A DNA stretch of 64,000 nt from Thermoplasmatota archaeon (GTDB lineage: Archaea > Thermoplasmatota > E2 > JACPAO01 > JAHFTW01). Positions within the stretch are counted from its first letter, which is position 1. Every line of letters starts with the position of its first letter. The notes beneath the pieces were generated by a model. It did no database searches and was not told the origin of the DNA. It was given only the letters and a program-made list of their open reading frames with translations. Shown here piece by piece: positions 20,429-31,217 of the stretch. The translations under genes were made by a program, and so were the position numbers. The stretch is taken from assembly GCA_041601615.1 (NCBI GenBank), contig JBFIHX010000001.1, positions 224,001 to 288,000 on the forward strand, read 5' to 3'.

Positions 20429-21559
20429 GTGTCCACGGTGGGGGGTTCTCGCGTTTCGGGGGAAAACGACCCCCTCGCCGTCGTTCGTGGCCCGGATCTT
20501 CGCGTAGCGCGAGGGGAGGCCATCGCAATTGTGGGCCGCAATGGCTGTGGCAAGACGAGCTTGCTGCGTGCCTTGGCTGGATTGTCGTCGCCGCTGCCGC
20601 CTCGGTCCGTGGAGGTGTCGGGGGGCGTGGAGTTGTTGTGGCAGGATGCCTTGGATGGGTTGGTTGGCTTGACGGTGGCGGGCGAGTTTCGCATGCGTCG
20701 TCGCTTTCTTGGCGGAGCGGTTGCAGGCCTCGAGGGTCGGGATGTTGCGACACTGTCGACGGGGGAGGCGCGCCGGGTGACCGTTGCATTGGCCGAGGTA
20801 TCCGATCGGAGCTTGCTTTTGCTGGATGAGCCCGCCGAAGGATTGGACGAGATGGGCTTGGAGCGATTGCGTGCGCTGGTGCGTCGAAGTCGGGAGCGCG
20901 GGGCGGTGTTGTTTGTGGACCCGACGGGGGTTCTTGCGGGCGAATCGACACGCGTTTTGGATCTTGGTGGCTCATGCCGGGCGGAAGTGGCGCCGTTTGT
21001 GACGGATGCGAGCGCAGCGGTTTCGGATCGTCGTTTGCAATGTCCCGAGGCCCTGGTGGTGCTGGGGCAGCGGGAGTTGCGGTTGCCTGCTTTGGATCTT
21101 GGCCCGGGCGTGCATGCGGTGTTGGGTCCCAATGGTTGTGGCAAGTCGACGTTGCTGCGGCGGTTGGCGGGGCTGGGCGCGGCACCCGTTGTTGCGCCGG
21201 GGCGGCCATGGTTGCCTTCTCGTGCCCGTGATTTGCTCACCGAGGCTACTGTTGAGCAGTGTTTGACCGGCATGGATGCGGATGTGGTGCGCGTGTTGGT
21301 GCCCGATCATCTTCGGTTGCGTCATCCGTTGACGTTGAGCGGCGGAGAGGCGCAGCGCGTGGCCTTGGCGGCGGTGTTGGGGCGAGATGCGGATGTGTAT
21401 TTGCTGGATGAACCGGAGGCGCACCTGGATGGCGCAGGGTACGGAGCACTGTGCTCGGTGTTGCGACGTCGATCGGACCGAATCGTGGTGGTCGCTACGC
21501 ACGATGCGCAGTTGCTATCAGCGGCCACGAGTCGAACCGATATGGAGGCGGCGACGTGA
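20429..21559 (+). CDS. ECF/ABC transporter ATPase with two fused nucleotide-binding domains
   Basis: Two Walker A motifs (GRNGCGKTS, GPNGCGKST), signatures LSTGE and LSGGE, two LLDEP motifs and ATHD. Confidence 0.85.
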   Translation: MSTVGGSRVSGENDPLAVVRGPDLRVARGEAIAIVGRNGCGKTSLLRALAGLSSPLPPRSVEVSGGVELLWQDALDGLVGLTVAGEFRMRRRFLGGAVAGLEGRDVATLSTGEARRVTVALAEVSDRSLLLLDEPAEGLDEMGLERLRALVRRSRERGAVLFVDPTGVLAGESTRVLDLGGSCRAEVAPFVTDASAAVSDRRLQCPEALVVLGQRELRLPALDLGPGVHAVLGPNGCGKSTLLRRLAGLGAAPVVAPGRPWLPSRARDLLTEATVEQCLTGMDADVVRVLVPDHLRLRHPLTLSGGEAQRVALAAVLGRDADVYLLDEPEAHLDGAGYGALCSVLRRRSDRIVVVATHDAQLLSAATSRTDMEAAT

Positions 21560-22746
21560 GGCCGCTGGCTGCGTGGGCGGTCCTGGTTGCATTGTCGCTT
21601 GCGACCACGGCAGCCTTGGTTGCGGTTTGGCCGGTGGCGGCTGCTTTGCTTGGCGTGTCTTTGCTTATGGCGCGTCGACGGGCGGGGCTTGTGGCGTTCA
21701 CGGTTGGTTCGCTTCTGGTGAATGGCTTGCTGTTGGCATTATTGGACCCCACGGGGCCGTCGCTGGAGGTGGGTCGAATCGTGTTTGGTTTGGATGGAGC
21801 ATTGCTTGGTGCGCAGGCGGCGGTTCGGCTCTCGGCGGCAATTGCGGTGAACGTGGCGGCGTTCGGTTGGTTGGCTCCAGCGCAGCTTCTGGATGGCCTT
21901 CGGCTTCCGCCCGCATGGACTGCGTTTCTTGCGGCGGTGCTGATTGCGGGGCAGGATTTGGGCAGGGATTTTGCGTCGCTTCGGGATGCTCGTCGTAGTC
22001 AGGGCCGTTGGCCGGAGGGTCGACTAGGGTCGTTGTGGGCGGCGGTGGCGGTGCTTCCAACGCTGATGGTCCATGCGGTTCGGCGTGCGGAGGTGCGCCG
22101 GGATGCGCTCATGCTTGCGGGTTTCCGCACGGGTCCTTTGTTTGCGCCCGTGGTGGCCGTGACGGCGCTCGGAGTTGCAGGGCGGCTGGCTTTGGTCGGG
22201 TTGCCCAATGTGGCGCTCACGTATGTTGTGGTGTTTCTTGGCGGGCTCGTGTTTGGGGTGCGGGTTGGGGTGTGGGCCGGGTTGTGGAGCATGGTGCTGT
22301 CGAATTTGGTGTTGACCGGGTTGTATCCTGGGTCGTTTGCCAATGCGCCGGCCATGGCGCTTCTTGGCTTGTTGGGTGGCTTATTGCGGCCTCTCGATTT
22401 GTCGGGCCCGGCGTCAAGTTCATTGGATCGGTTCTTGGGCCGGGTGCTTGCGGGCGGCGCCGGGTTCTTGGGCACTATGCTGTTTAGTGTCACTTCGGAC
22501 CTCTTTGAGTGGGTCCTGGCGCCGGAGTTGCGAGGCGACGTGGCGGTGCTCGTGGCGCGGGTCGTGGCGGGCCTTTTGTTCAATGTGGTTCCGGCGATTC
22601 TGAATGCGTTGGTGTTTGCTGCTTCGGTGGTGCCGGTGCACGCGGCGTTCCGGGCGCTCGAGGTAGGTGGAGCCGTGCGCCAGCAGCGGGATGAGCACGG
22701 GAGGCTAGTTGGGCGCGAGGGGTTGGATGGGATGTCCACCCAGTAG
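21556..22746 (+). CDS. Fused ECF transporter T component and S component (CbrT-like)
   Basis: N-half has EcfT-like helices (DARRSQG; AVRRAE...ALMLAGF); C-half is an S-component-like 6-TM domain starting GRLALVGLPNV. GTGA overlap with the ATPase. Confidence 0.72.
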   Translation: MRPLAAWAVLVALSLATTAALVAVWPVAAALLGVSLLMARRRAGLVAFTVGSLLVNGLLLALLDPTGPSLEVGRIVFGLDGALLGAQAAVRLSAAIAVNVAAFGWLAPAQLLDGLRLPPAWTAFLAAVLIAGQDLGRDFASLRDARRSQGRWPEGRLGSLWAAVAVLPTLMVHAVRRAEVRRDALMLAGFRTGPLFAPVVAVTALGVAGRLALVGLPNVALTYVVVFLGGLVFGVRVGVWAGLWSMVLSNLVLTGLYPGSFANAPAMALLGLLGGLLRPLDLSGPASSSLDRFLGRVLAGGAGFLGTMLFSVTSDLFEWVLAPELRGDVAVLVARVVAGLLFNVVPAILNALVFAASVVPVHAAFRALEVGGAVRQQRDEHGRLVGREGLDGMSTQ

Positions 22747-23550
22747 GGCGACGATGGCCTCTGCCGTGGCCCACCAAGGCGTTGGGTCGGCGCCATCCGG
22801 TGCGCGGGCAAAGTGTCCGTCGGGGCGCTGTAAGTTGGCAAGCCAAGCTTTGGCCCCTGCCGCTTCGTCCTTGGCACCGGTGTGGGCGAAGATGGTGATG
22901 GCCCATGCGGTGCTTTGGGCGTTGGCGCCTACGCGGCCATCGCTGTAGCCGCCGCCGGGGGCCTCGTGGCTGCGAACGTGGGCTAGAAGGGCGGTTGTGT
23001 TGATGCGCCCAAGCGCGTCGTGTGCGGCGAGGGCAGCCACGGCAAAGCCGGTGCAGTCGAGGCTGCTGTAGCCATGGAGGCACGGAAATCCTCCGTCCAA
23101 ATTTTGCAGCTCCACAAGCGCTTGGAGGATTTCCTCGGTGTCGGCTTCGGGGGCGTCGAGGATGCTTGCAGACAGAAGCCAGAAGCCAAGGGTGCTGGCA
23201 GCGGGGGCGTCGAGGGCGATGGCGCGGCGGGCGGCAAGTTCGTCGCCTAGATGCAGGAGGCCTCGCGCCGGATCGTCGTAATCGCGGACCCCAGCAACCA
23301 GGAGAGCGTGCAGTGTGCGCAGTCCGTCGGCGGGACGGTCGGGGTCGGCTACGGGAAGGCGCAGGGCCGTGGTGTCTTGGCGGTTGCCGGCGGCGGCGAA
23401 CGCTTCGATGGTCTCGGCGGTGACGGGTTGGCTTTCGAGGAACGCGAGGGCGCGCTCGACGGCGCTAGGCGCGGGGGTTGGGTTCCCTTGGAGTCCTGCA
23501 ATCGCAAGGCCAAGAAACAGGATGCCGACCCCCCAGGCTGCTCCGTGCAC
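22705..23550 (-). CDS. Secreted prenyltransferase/squalene oxidase repeat (alpha/alpha barrel) protein
   Basis: Signal peptide; repeats LVELQNLDGGF, HEAPGGGY and WLANLQRPDGHF, each followed by a T...A helix. Confidence 0.75.
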   Translation of the reverse strand: MHGAAWGVGILFLGLAIAGLQGNPTPAPSAVERALAFLESQPVTAETIEAFAAAGNRQDTTALRLPVADPDRPADGLRTLHALLVAGVRDYDDPARGLLHLGDELAARRAIALDAPAASTLGFWLLSASILDAPEADTEEILQALVELQNLDGGFPCLHGYSSLDCTGFAVAALAAHDALGRINTTALLAHVRSHEAPGGGYSDGRVGANAQSTAWAITIFAHTGAKDEAAGAKAWLANLQRPDGHFARAPDGADPTPWWATAEAIVALLGGHPIQPLAPN

Positions 23551-23612
23551 GGCGCCGGCAAACCGGGGCTTGTGAAAGCTTCATGGACGAATTGCAACTT
23601 GGCTTTCTTTGC

Positions 23613-24389
23613 ATGCAAGGCGGTTTTGCGGCGTTGACGCGGCGGGGCGAGGGTACGAGGTTGGCGGTTCTGGCGTTGTTGCTGGAGCATCCCACGGCGA
23701 GTCGGCAGCGCATCGGTGAGGTGTTGGGCATCACGTCCCAGGCGGTGAGTGCACAAGTGGCCGAGTTGCGGCAACGGGGTTGGATTGGGGGCGAGGATTC
23801 GCAGCCGACGCCGGCGGGTATCCAAGCACTCTCGGAGGGCGTTGCGGGGCTTCGTCGTGCTTTGGAGGCGTTGCAGAGGCCTTTGGCGTCGCTTGGCACG
23901 GTGAGTGCGCAGGCGCGGTGCGGGTTGCGGGCGGGCCAGCATGTTGGATTGTGGATGGTGGATGGCGATTTGGTGGCGGACGAGGACCTTCGCGCCGGCA
24001 GTAAGGGAATTGCCCGCACGGATGCAGACACCGGTTCCGAGGTGGTTGTGGGCTCATTGTCGGGCGTCGTGGAGCTTCGGCCTGGGTTGATTACAGTGGC
24101 GCGTTTGCCAGGGCCTTCCGAGGGTGGCACGGGCGGAATCGATGCCAAGCGGGTGCGGTTGTTGGTGCCGGACGGGGTGCGCGTGGGCGCCGTGGGGACT
24201 GGGGCGCGCATTCTTGCGGAGCAGACGGGGCGGTTGGATTATCCGTTTGGAGCCGAGGCGGCAGCCTTGAACGCGGCTGCACGCGGCGTGGATACGTTCC
24301 TTTGGGTCAGTTCTGATCGAATGGCGGAGGTGCTTGGCGCGATGGACGTGGAAGGCACCCGCGTTCGTGTTCTGGATGCCTCGGCGTGA
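23613..24389 (+). CDS. Archaeal HTH transcriptional regulator (COG1497-like)
   Basis: SRQRIGEVLGITSQAVSAQVAELRQRGWI winged HTH; VGLWMVDG; AAARG. Confidence 0.75.
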   Translation: MQGGFAALTRRGEGTRLAVLALLLEHPTASRQRIGEVLGITSQAVSAQVAELRQRGWIGGEDSQPTPAGIQALSEGVAGLRRALEALQRPLASLGTVSAQARCGLRAGQHVGLWMVDGDLVADEDLRAGSKGIARTDADTGSEVVVGSLSGVVELRPGLITVARLPGPSEGGTGGIDAKRVRLLVPDGVRVGAVGTGARILAEQTGRLDYPFGAEAAALNAAARGVDTFLWVSSDRMAEVLGAMDVEGTRVRVLDASA

Positions 24390-24404
24390 CTGATGCGTTG
24401 ATCG

Positions 24405-27137
24405 TCATCGCTCCGAGCGTCGCCACGCTACGCCCGGTGTGCGCGCTTTCCATAGAATCCAACCAATACCGCCGAGGCCTGCGACACCGGCTGCGGCGAT
24501 GCTGACCCAGAGCCAAGTAAGGCTTCGGGGCGGTGGCGGCGCGGGGGGAAGTTGGGCCGGAGGTAGAGCAGGCGGAGCCGGGGCTAGGAGCGGGTCGGTG
24601 CCGGCGTCCAATTCGAGGCGGTCGGAGATTCCGTCGCCATCTGTGTCTGCGCGCTTTGGATTCGTTCCCAGGATGGCTTCTTGATCGTCCGTGAGGCCGT
24701 CGTTGTCGTCGTCGGGGTCCGAGTTGTCGCCGATGCCATCCCCGTCCGTATCCACTTGCTCGTTTGGGTCTAAGGGGAAATCATCGTCGCCGTTGGCAAC
24801 ACCGTCCCCATCCGCATCCTCGCCTGGAAGGAGTTCTTCGCACGCGTCTCCAATGCCGTCTTTGTCTGCGTCGGCTTGTGCTGGATCGGGGTGGTCTGGA
24901 CATACGTCGAGGCCATCCGGTACGCCGTCTCCATCGCGATCCACGGCGGTGCCAAGATCGGCGGGGCGGACATTGCGCACGATGGTGGACCGGGCGCCTT
25001 GGTCGTCGGTCACCGAAAACCGGACTTGGTAGGTCTGGCCTGGGTCGGCAAAGGTGTGCTTGGTGGTTTCTTCGGCACTGCTGGAGCCATCGCCAAATTC
25101 CCATGCAAACGCCACGAGGTGGCCGTCCGAATCCGTGCCTTGGCTTTGGAATGCGACGGTTCCTGGTTCGCCTTCCACAAGGAACGCAGAAAGAGCCGCG
25201 ACGGGCGAGGTGTTGAGGACCCGCACTGCCACCGTGGCCTCGCCCACTCCGCCGTATTCATCGTAGGCGAGGGCCTTCACCGTGTGGGTTCCCACCATGG
25301 AAAAGGAGTGGCGGACGTTCATCCCTTCCAGCTCCTTGCCTTCGAAGGTCCAGACACAACGGCGCACTTGATCGCCGTCGAGGTCCGAGGCGTTGCAGGC
25401 AAATTCGTAGGCGTACCCGGTGGCCAGCAGGACCGGTTCTGTGACGCCAATTTGGACCGTGGGTGCGTGGTTGAGGATCTCCAGCACCCGGCAATCACGG
25501 TCCGTGCTGCCGGCATCGTCCTCCACTTCGAGGCACACCAAGTACGATCGGCGCTCCTGGAAAATTTGTGCCGCCTGGCCTGCCTTCAATTCGATTCCGT
25601 CGACAGTCCATGTGCGTCGAACGAGGGTACCGTCCGGATCAACACTGTCGTCTGCGAAGTTCACCTCTTCGTTGGGCCATGCTTGGACGGGCACTTCGGC
25701 CACAGCCTTGGGCGGGTCGTTGTCAATGACCACATCCTGAACGACGCTGGTTTGGGCGCCTTCGTTGTCTGTGACCGTGAGTCGCACGGGGTAGGTGCCT
25801 CTGGCCGGGAAGGTGTGTTTGAGTTCCTTCTTCGTGCCATCGACAGTTCCGTCATCATGAATGTCCCATTGCAGGGATTCCACGGTACCGTCGGCGTCCG
25901 TGCTTGTGTCGGTGAAGGTCCAGGGGGTGCCTGCGTCGCTGCGGCCAGAGGATTCAAAGGACGCCACTGGCGCGATGTTTTGCACGCGCACGATGTGCAC
26001 TTGGCACGGTTCGGCGACTCCGCCCAAATCGTCGTGGGCTAGAAACAGCAGCACCTCGTCGTCGTTGCCATCGATGGGAACTTGGACATGGAAACGCGCC
26101 GGATTGCCCTCGGCCAGTTCCACAAAGCTGGACCCAGGAGGAAGGTCGGGGGCGGCGATGGTGACATAATCGCCCTCGGGGCTCCTTGCTGCCACCTCGA
26201 ACGAAATGGTTCCATGCACGCGGGACGTCAAGGTCTCTCCGCAAGGCGTTGGCTCCAACCACTCGGGCGGTGCAGGCGCAGAATCGGACAATCGAATGAA
26301 GAAATCCACGGGCACTTTGCCCCGGTCATCCGTGATGCTGACTTGGGCAGAGTACAGCGTTGTGTCGTAGGAACTGGCCAGCGTGGCACCCCGAGTGTTC
26401 CAGGTTATGACGCCAGTCTCGGAGTCGATGGCGGCGGCGTTGGGTGCGTCCGGGGGTCCGGGGGGACGGAAGCTGCTGCCAATTTGTTGCCCAGTCACTT
26501 CGCTGATTTCATCTTCTCCCGCCGATTTGCCCGCACCTGCTTCCTCCGCATAGGCAAAGGAGAATACCGGATTCTTAGCCACGGTCGGGACTCGGAAGGT
26601 GCAGTCGCCCTCGATGGGGCAGTTGATGAAAGGCGGCATGAAGGCGCGGGGAGATCGAGTGGCCGTGACGCCGTCCAATTCCACGTACGTGCGGAAAATC
26701 ATGTTCTGGTCAGGATTGTTGACATGGTTGTTGCCGAGGCGCGCGTTTGCAGTGTGGCTGACAATCCATGCTTCCCCCTCGGCGGGCGGTTCTTGGAATA
26801 AGATTCTCGGTTTCGAACCGTCTTCCATTTGCATTTTGGCCGCGAACCAATCGTCACGCTCATTGACATAAGTCACGATCCAATCGAAGGAAACGGAGCC
26901 GCCCCCGCTACTAAGAACGCCAGATTGAATGGAGGCTCCGCGCTCGGGCGTCGCGCCATAGTAGGACGTACGGGCCAGAAACGATCCGTCAAACTCCACT
27001 TCCAAGGGATCGTCCAGGGTGCGCCACTCCAGGGAACCGCCTCGAAGATGCGAAGCCTCTGCGGAACCTGCTAGCAACAACAACGCAAAAGCGAGTGCAG
27101 AAAAAAGAAAAACAACGCCCCGCACGCGCCGAACCAT
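24405..27137 (-). CDS. Cell-surface protein with PKD domains, thrombospondin type-3-like Ca-binding repeats and C-terminal TM anchor
   Basis: Signal peptide then SHLRGG; several WDF/WEFGDG...LTVTD PKD units; DxDGDG repeats; Pro linker and TM. Confidence 0.85.
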   Translation of the reverse strand: MVRRVRGVVFLFSALAFALLLLAGSAEASHLRGGSLEWRTLDDPLEVEFDGSFLARTSYYGATPERGASIQSGVLSSGGGSVSFDWIVTYVNERDDWFAAKMQMEDGSKPRILFQEPPAEGEAWIVSHTANARLGNNHVNNPDQNMIFRTYVELDGVTATRSPRAFMPPFINCPIEGDCTFRVPTVAKNPVFSFAYAEEAGAGKSAGEDEISEVTGQQIGSSFRPPGPPDAPNAAAIDSETGVITWNTRGATLASSYDTTLYSAQVSITDDRGKVPVDFFIRLSDSAPAPPEWLEPTPCGETLTSRVHGTISFEVAARSPEGDYVTIAAPDLPPGSSFVELAEGNPARFHVQVPIDGNDDEVLLFLAHDDLGGVAEPCQVHIVRVQNIAPVASFESSGRSDAGTPWTFTDTSTDADGTVESLQWDIHDDGTVDGTKKELKHTFPARGTYPVRLTVTDNEGAQTSVVQDVVIDNDPPKAVAEVPVQAWPNEEVNFADDSVDPDGTLVRRTWTVDGIELKAGQAAQIFQERRSYLVCLEVEDDAGSTDRDCRVLEILNHAPTVQIGVTEPVLLATGYAYEFACNASDLDGDQVRRCVWTFEGKELEGMNVRHSFSMVGTHTVKALAYDEYGGVGEATVAVRVLNTSPVAALSAFLVEGEPGTVAFQSQGTDSDGHLVAFAWEFGDGSSSAEETTKHTFADPGQTYQVRFSVTDDQGARSTIVRNVRPADLGTAVDRDGDGVPDGLDVCPDHPDPAQADADKDGIGDACEELLPGEDADGDGVANGDDDFPLDPNEQVDTDGDGIGDNSDPDDDNDGLTDDQEAILGTNPKRADTDGDGISDRLELDAGTDPLLAPAPPALPPAQLPPAPPPPRSLTWLWVSIAAAGVAGLGGIGWILWKARTPGVAWRRSER

Positions 27138-27176
27138 GGCGGGCGAACGATTTGATGGTGTCGCAGGACCCACGGC

Positions 27177-29966
27177 TTAGCCCTCCTGTTTGCGCCATTG
27201 CACCGTCTCGCCTTTGCGGCCCCAGAGTAGCCACGCGCCAACACCGATGCCCACCGCAGCGAGTCCACTGAGACTCCCCCATAGCCACGCGAGGCTCCGC
27301 TGCTTCACTGCAACGTCTTGGAGGGGTTCCGGCGCAGGTTTGGGCGCTGCTTCGGCCGTGAGCGGGTCCGTGCCGGCATCCAATTCGTCCTTGTCGCGTA
27401 TCCCGTCGCCGTCCGTATCGGCATTCTTTGGATCCGTGCCCAGAATTGCCTCCTGCACATCGGTGAGTCCATCGCCGTCGTCGTCTAGGTCGGCGTTGTC
27501 GCCGATGCCGTCGCCGTCCGTGTCCAGTTGTTCGTTGGGGTCCAGCGGGAACGCGTCGTCCCTGTTGATTACGCCGTCGTCATCCGAGTCGCCCAACGGT
27601 TCTTGGGATTCACAGGCATCACCTATGCCGTCGCCGTCCGTATCCTCTTGGCCAGGATCGGGGTCATCGGGGCACACGTCGATGCCGTCCTTGATTCCAT
27701 CCTGGTCCCGGTCGCCTCCCGACGCAAGCTCCGCTGGTCGGATGTATCGAGTCATCGTCCAGGAGACGCCTGCGTTGTCGGTTGCCGTCAAGCGGACGCG
27801 GTACGTTGCATCTGGATCGGGGAACGTGTGCTGCACTTCTCTCTCGGCGGAGTCCACCACGTCAAATCGAGAGGGATCCGCTTCGTCGTCAAAGCGCCAT
27901 GCGACCGCCGCTACCTCCACGTCGTCGCTGCTGGCATCCTGAAACCGTATGGTGCCCGGCGCGGCAGCATCCGCAAAGACCGACATTTGGGCCGTGGGTG
28001 CGTCGTTGTCCACGACGATGTTGCCACCCGGTGGCGCCCACTTGGTTTGGGCTCCTCGATCATCCGTGACCGTGAGCCGGAGCGCGTAGCTTCCTTTGGC
28101 CGCGTATGCGTGCTTGGGTTGCGGGTCGTCGCTGCGGCTGCCATCGCCAAAGTCCCATGCCCACGCCACGACCTTGCCGTCCATGTCTTGAGCGTCTACG
28201 ATGAACTTCACCGGAATCCGCGTGGCCGGGGGCGGGTCAAATCCTGCCGCGTCCACTGTTGGCGCACGGTTTTGCACCACCACAATCCGAGTCTGCTCCG
28301 CATAACCTCGATTGGAATCCTCGACGTACAACGTGACCTCATACACACCGGGAACTTTGTACAGGTGCGACAGGGTTGCGGGTCCCTCGGCGCGGCCGTT
28401 GCCCACGTCCCATTTGCGCACCACCAATTCGTGGTCGCCCTTGGCGCTCGTGTCCTGGAACGTTGCATCCTCGTACGTGCGCACGGTGGTCGGCGCCTCG
28501 AACGACGCCATGGGAGGGAGCCAGAGAATGTCGAACGAGTGTGTGACCTGATCCGAGCCCCCGTAGCCGTCGTCCACGGTCAGGGTGACAACGTAGGTGC
28601 CGCGTTCGCCGTACGCATGCTCGACGATGCGTTCGATGCTCGTGGTGCCGTCACCAAAATCCCAGAAGTAGGATAGCTCGTCGCCGTCGGGATCCGTGCT
28701 ACTTTCTGCCGATACGCGCACGGGATTGTCCACCGTGTCGCTGTCTTGCAAGATGGTGATGACGGCGGTGGGCGGGTCGTTGGTGGTCGCCACGGTCTTC
28801 GAGATGGAACCAGTGGCGCCATGGTTGTCCGTGACGGTGACCGAAGCCTCGTAGGCGCCCTTCTGCATGTAGCGGTGCTGAATGGTTGGGCCGCCTAGGA
28901 TGCTTGTCCCATCGCCAAAGTCCCACTTGTACACCGAGCGCAACGTACCATCGGGGTCCGTGGAACCCTTGGCGTCAAAGGTCACCGCTTGACCAATTTC
29001 CGGCACTTCGGGCGAGGTGACAATCTTGGCAACGGGTGGACGGTTGGCGGCGACGATATCCTGGCATTCGGTTCCAGTCGCGCCGTCCGCTTCGGTGAGT
29101 GTCAGGCAAACCGTGTATGTGCCAGAACGAGCATAAGCGTGTGTTGCGGTCGTGGCTGCCGGCGCTTGAAGAATCGTTCCGTCGCCAAAATCCCAGGTCC
29201 TTTGGACAATGGCAAATCCCTGAAGGTTGGTCTCGTCCGTGAAGACCACATCGTTCAAACTCAATGGTTCCTCGGGCGCATACGAGAAGGATGGCCCAAG
29301 AATCAGCTCCGGGTCACCGCTGTCCATCACGACAATGTACTGAATTTGGGTCTGGCCACTGAAGCGCTGGTAGGAGCCGGCCAACTCAAAAGTGCCTCCG
29401 GGGCCGCCCTCGGTATCCACCTTGTGGTACCCGATGAAGGCAAAGGGGCCATTCTCGTTCAGAGAGCCATACACGCAAAACGGCTCCCCGGTGTTCGCGG
29501 CACCCGATTGAGGATTGGTCGTCAGGTAGTCCGATTCGTACACCGCCAAGTCATCGCCTGCGCCGTTGGAAACGACCTCTGCAAACCTGCCCCGGAACCA
29601 GCCCGCTTTGCCAAGGCTCACCACGCTCTGGGAATCAAACTCCCCAGTTCCGATGCCCAAAATGGTGGTGGCATAGGGACTCCCTTCCACTTCCCGTGGG
29701 TCCGTGAACTGGTTGTCGCCACCTGTGAAATCGAAGTCCTGGTAGCGCTGCGACATGTAGCCCACTTCCAAGTAGGCGTCCGTCGCCAACGCCTCGACAC
29801 CCATGATGTCAGCACGGGGGCTGCGCCCGTTGGACAACTCCACCGTCGTCGGCACGCACGCATACCCCGTGAACTCAAATGATTCCGGAAACGAGTACGC
29901 TTCCGACCAGTCCGCAGACGCCGTGGAAAGCAGCGCCAACGCCGCGAGGGCCAGCAGAGGCGCCAT
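27177..29966 (-). CDS. Cell-surface protein with PKD domains, TSP3-like repeats and TM anchor (paralogue)
   Basis: WDFGDG x4, DTDGDGIGD repeats and the same C-terminal architecture. Start codon uncertain. Confidence 0.85.
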   Translation of the reverse strand: MAPLLALAALALLSTASADWSEAYSFPESFEFTGYACVPTTVELSNGRSPRADIMGVEALATDAYLEVGYMSQRYQDFDFTGGDNQFTDPREVEGSPYATTILGIGTGEFDSQSVVSLGKAGWFRGRFAEVVSNGAGDDLAVYESDYLTTNPQSGAANTGEPFCVYGSLNENGPFAFIGYHKVDTEGGPGGTFELAGSYQRFSGQTQIQYIVVMDSGDPELILGPSFSYAPEEPLSLNDVVFTDETNLQGFAIVQRTWDFGDGTILQAPAATTATHAYARSGTYTVCLTLTEADGATGTECQDIVAANRPPVAKIVTSPEVPEIGQAVTFDAKGSTDPDGTLRSVYKWDFGDGTSILGGPTIQHRYMQKGAYEASVTVTDNHGATGSISKTVATTNDPPTAVITILQDSDTVDNPVRVSAESSTDPDGDELSYFWDFGDGTTSIERIVEHAYGERGTYVVTLTVDDGYGGSDQVTHSFDILWLPPMASFEAPTTVRTYEDATFQDTSAKGDHELVVRKWDVGNGRAEGPATLSHLYKVPGVYEVTLYVEDSNRGYAEQTRIVVVQNRAPTVDAAGFDPPPATRIPVKFIVDAQDMDGKVVAWAWDFGDGSRSDDPQPKHAYAAKGSYALRLTVTDDRGAQTKWAPPGGNIVVDNDAPTAQMSVFADAAAPGTIRFQDASSDDVEVAAVAWRFDDEADPSRFDVVDSAEREVQHTFPDPDATYRVRLTATDNAGVSWTMTRYIRPAELASGGDRDQDGIKDGIDVCPDDPDPGQEDTDGDGIGDACESQEPLGDSDDDGVINRDDAFPLDPNEQLDTDGDGIGDNADLDDDGDGLTDVQEAILGTDPKNADTDGDGIRDKDELDAGTDPLTAEAAPKPAPEPLQDVAVKQRSLAWLWGSLSGLAAVGIGVGAWLLWGRKGETVQWRKQEG

Positions 29967-30087
29967 GCGACCAAGGGCCAGACGGCACACGATAGGGGAA
30001 CCCTGTTCTCGAAGTACAAAAGCAGTTTGGACGCTTCCTGTGGTTTTGCTCACCCATACGAACCCCCTATGAACCCCATCCGGCGTC

Positions 30088-31077
30088 GTGGACGCCGTGC
30101 GACAAGGTGTCCACTGCGTCGCCCGGTATCCCCACGAACGGGCCCACGTCGGACCTCTTGCCGCGAGGCTGCAAGACGGCCATCAACCCGACCCGGCACA
30201 CGCCAAGGTCCTCGTCATGCCCGACACGCGGCCACCCCAGCGCGGCGCCTGGAACATCCAAGTGTTTCACGGACTCGGCGACAAAGGATACACGGGCAAC
30301 CCGCTGTTTCTGCAACGGGGACGATTCCCGCGTGTGCGCACCGCCCTCAACCGCATTTCGGCAAGCCTCGGCCTTCCCGCTCACTGGCTGGCACCACCTC
30401 GTCGCCCCGGCTGCAAAAAGAGCCGATACGAACAAGTCAACGCTTACGGACCCCGCTTAGCAGACCACTTGGAATCGATCCTGCGCGACGCAGAAATCAG
30501 CCGCTTCGGACACGTCGCCCTCAACGAGCGCGGCCCACCCCGCATCGACCCCGAGGGCCCCCTCCTTTGGATGCCCACCTGGGACAACCACCGCTATCTA
30601 GGCGGCGCCAACCAAAGCAGCCTAACCGGATTCGCCCACGAAGTGGCACTCGTAAGCCGCCACGTCCCCGTGCGCGTCAAATTCCACCCCCACACCCTCC
30701 GGCACGACCAAGATCGCAAGGCGCGCCAGGAACTGCAAAAGGCCGATGGCGTGGAGAGCGTACCTCCCGAAGCCGACCCATACCCATTGCTCGACGGAAT
30801 TCGAGGCATCCTCACAGACACCAGCAGCCTCGGCTTCGAAGCCTACTGCCTCGGCATTCCCGTTGCCCTCGCGCACCCCACCGGCGTCCAATACCGAGGC
30901 CTGCACGCGGAACTTGCCGAACGCGTCACCGTCTTGAGTGCTGGAAAACCAGACCTACTCGCCTGGGCAGAAGCGCCGGACCCAACCCACGACCGCGCCT
31001 GGGCTCGAGACCTCCTGTTCGATCCATCCCGCGCGCGCAACGACGCCTTCGCGGCGCAAATTCGCACACACACGTAG
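30088..31077 (+). CDS. CDP-glycerol glycerophosphotransferase (TagF/TagB-like) family protein
   Basis: IQVFHG, LWMPTW, VKFHP and [10 protein letters not shown] motifs. Confidence 0.75.
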   Translation: MDAVRQGVHCVARYPHERAHVGPLAARLQDGHQPDPAHAKVLVMPDTRPPQRGAWNIQVFHGLGDKGYTGNPLFLQRGRFPRVRTALNRISASLGLPAHWLAPPRRPGCKKSRYEQVNAYGPRLADHLESILRDAEISRFGHVALNERGPPRIDPEGPLLWMPTWDNHRYLGGANQSSLTGFAHEVALVSRHVPVRVKFHPHTLRHDQDRKARQELQKADGVESVPPEADPYPLLDGIRGILTDTSSLGFEAYCLGIPVALAHPTGVQYRGLHAELAERVTVLSAGKPDLLAWAEAPDPTHDRAWARDLLFDPSRARNDAFAAQIRTHT

Positions 31078-31217
31078 CAATGGAGCAAGCGACCCATCGG
31101 GCCGGCGCCTCACCGACTTCGAGCGACCGAGCGGCCACCCGCCTGCCAGCCAGCCAGCAAGCCAGGAACGCGAACTCCGACCGCAACCCCTAGGAGCAAC
31201 CACGGGACTCGACCCAA

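Noticed and set aside
24690-24950. DNA-level repeat array within the PKD genes
   Set aside because: Explained by coding DxDGDG calcium-binding repeats.
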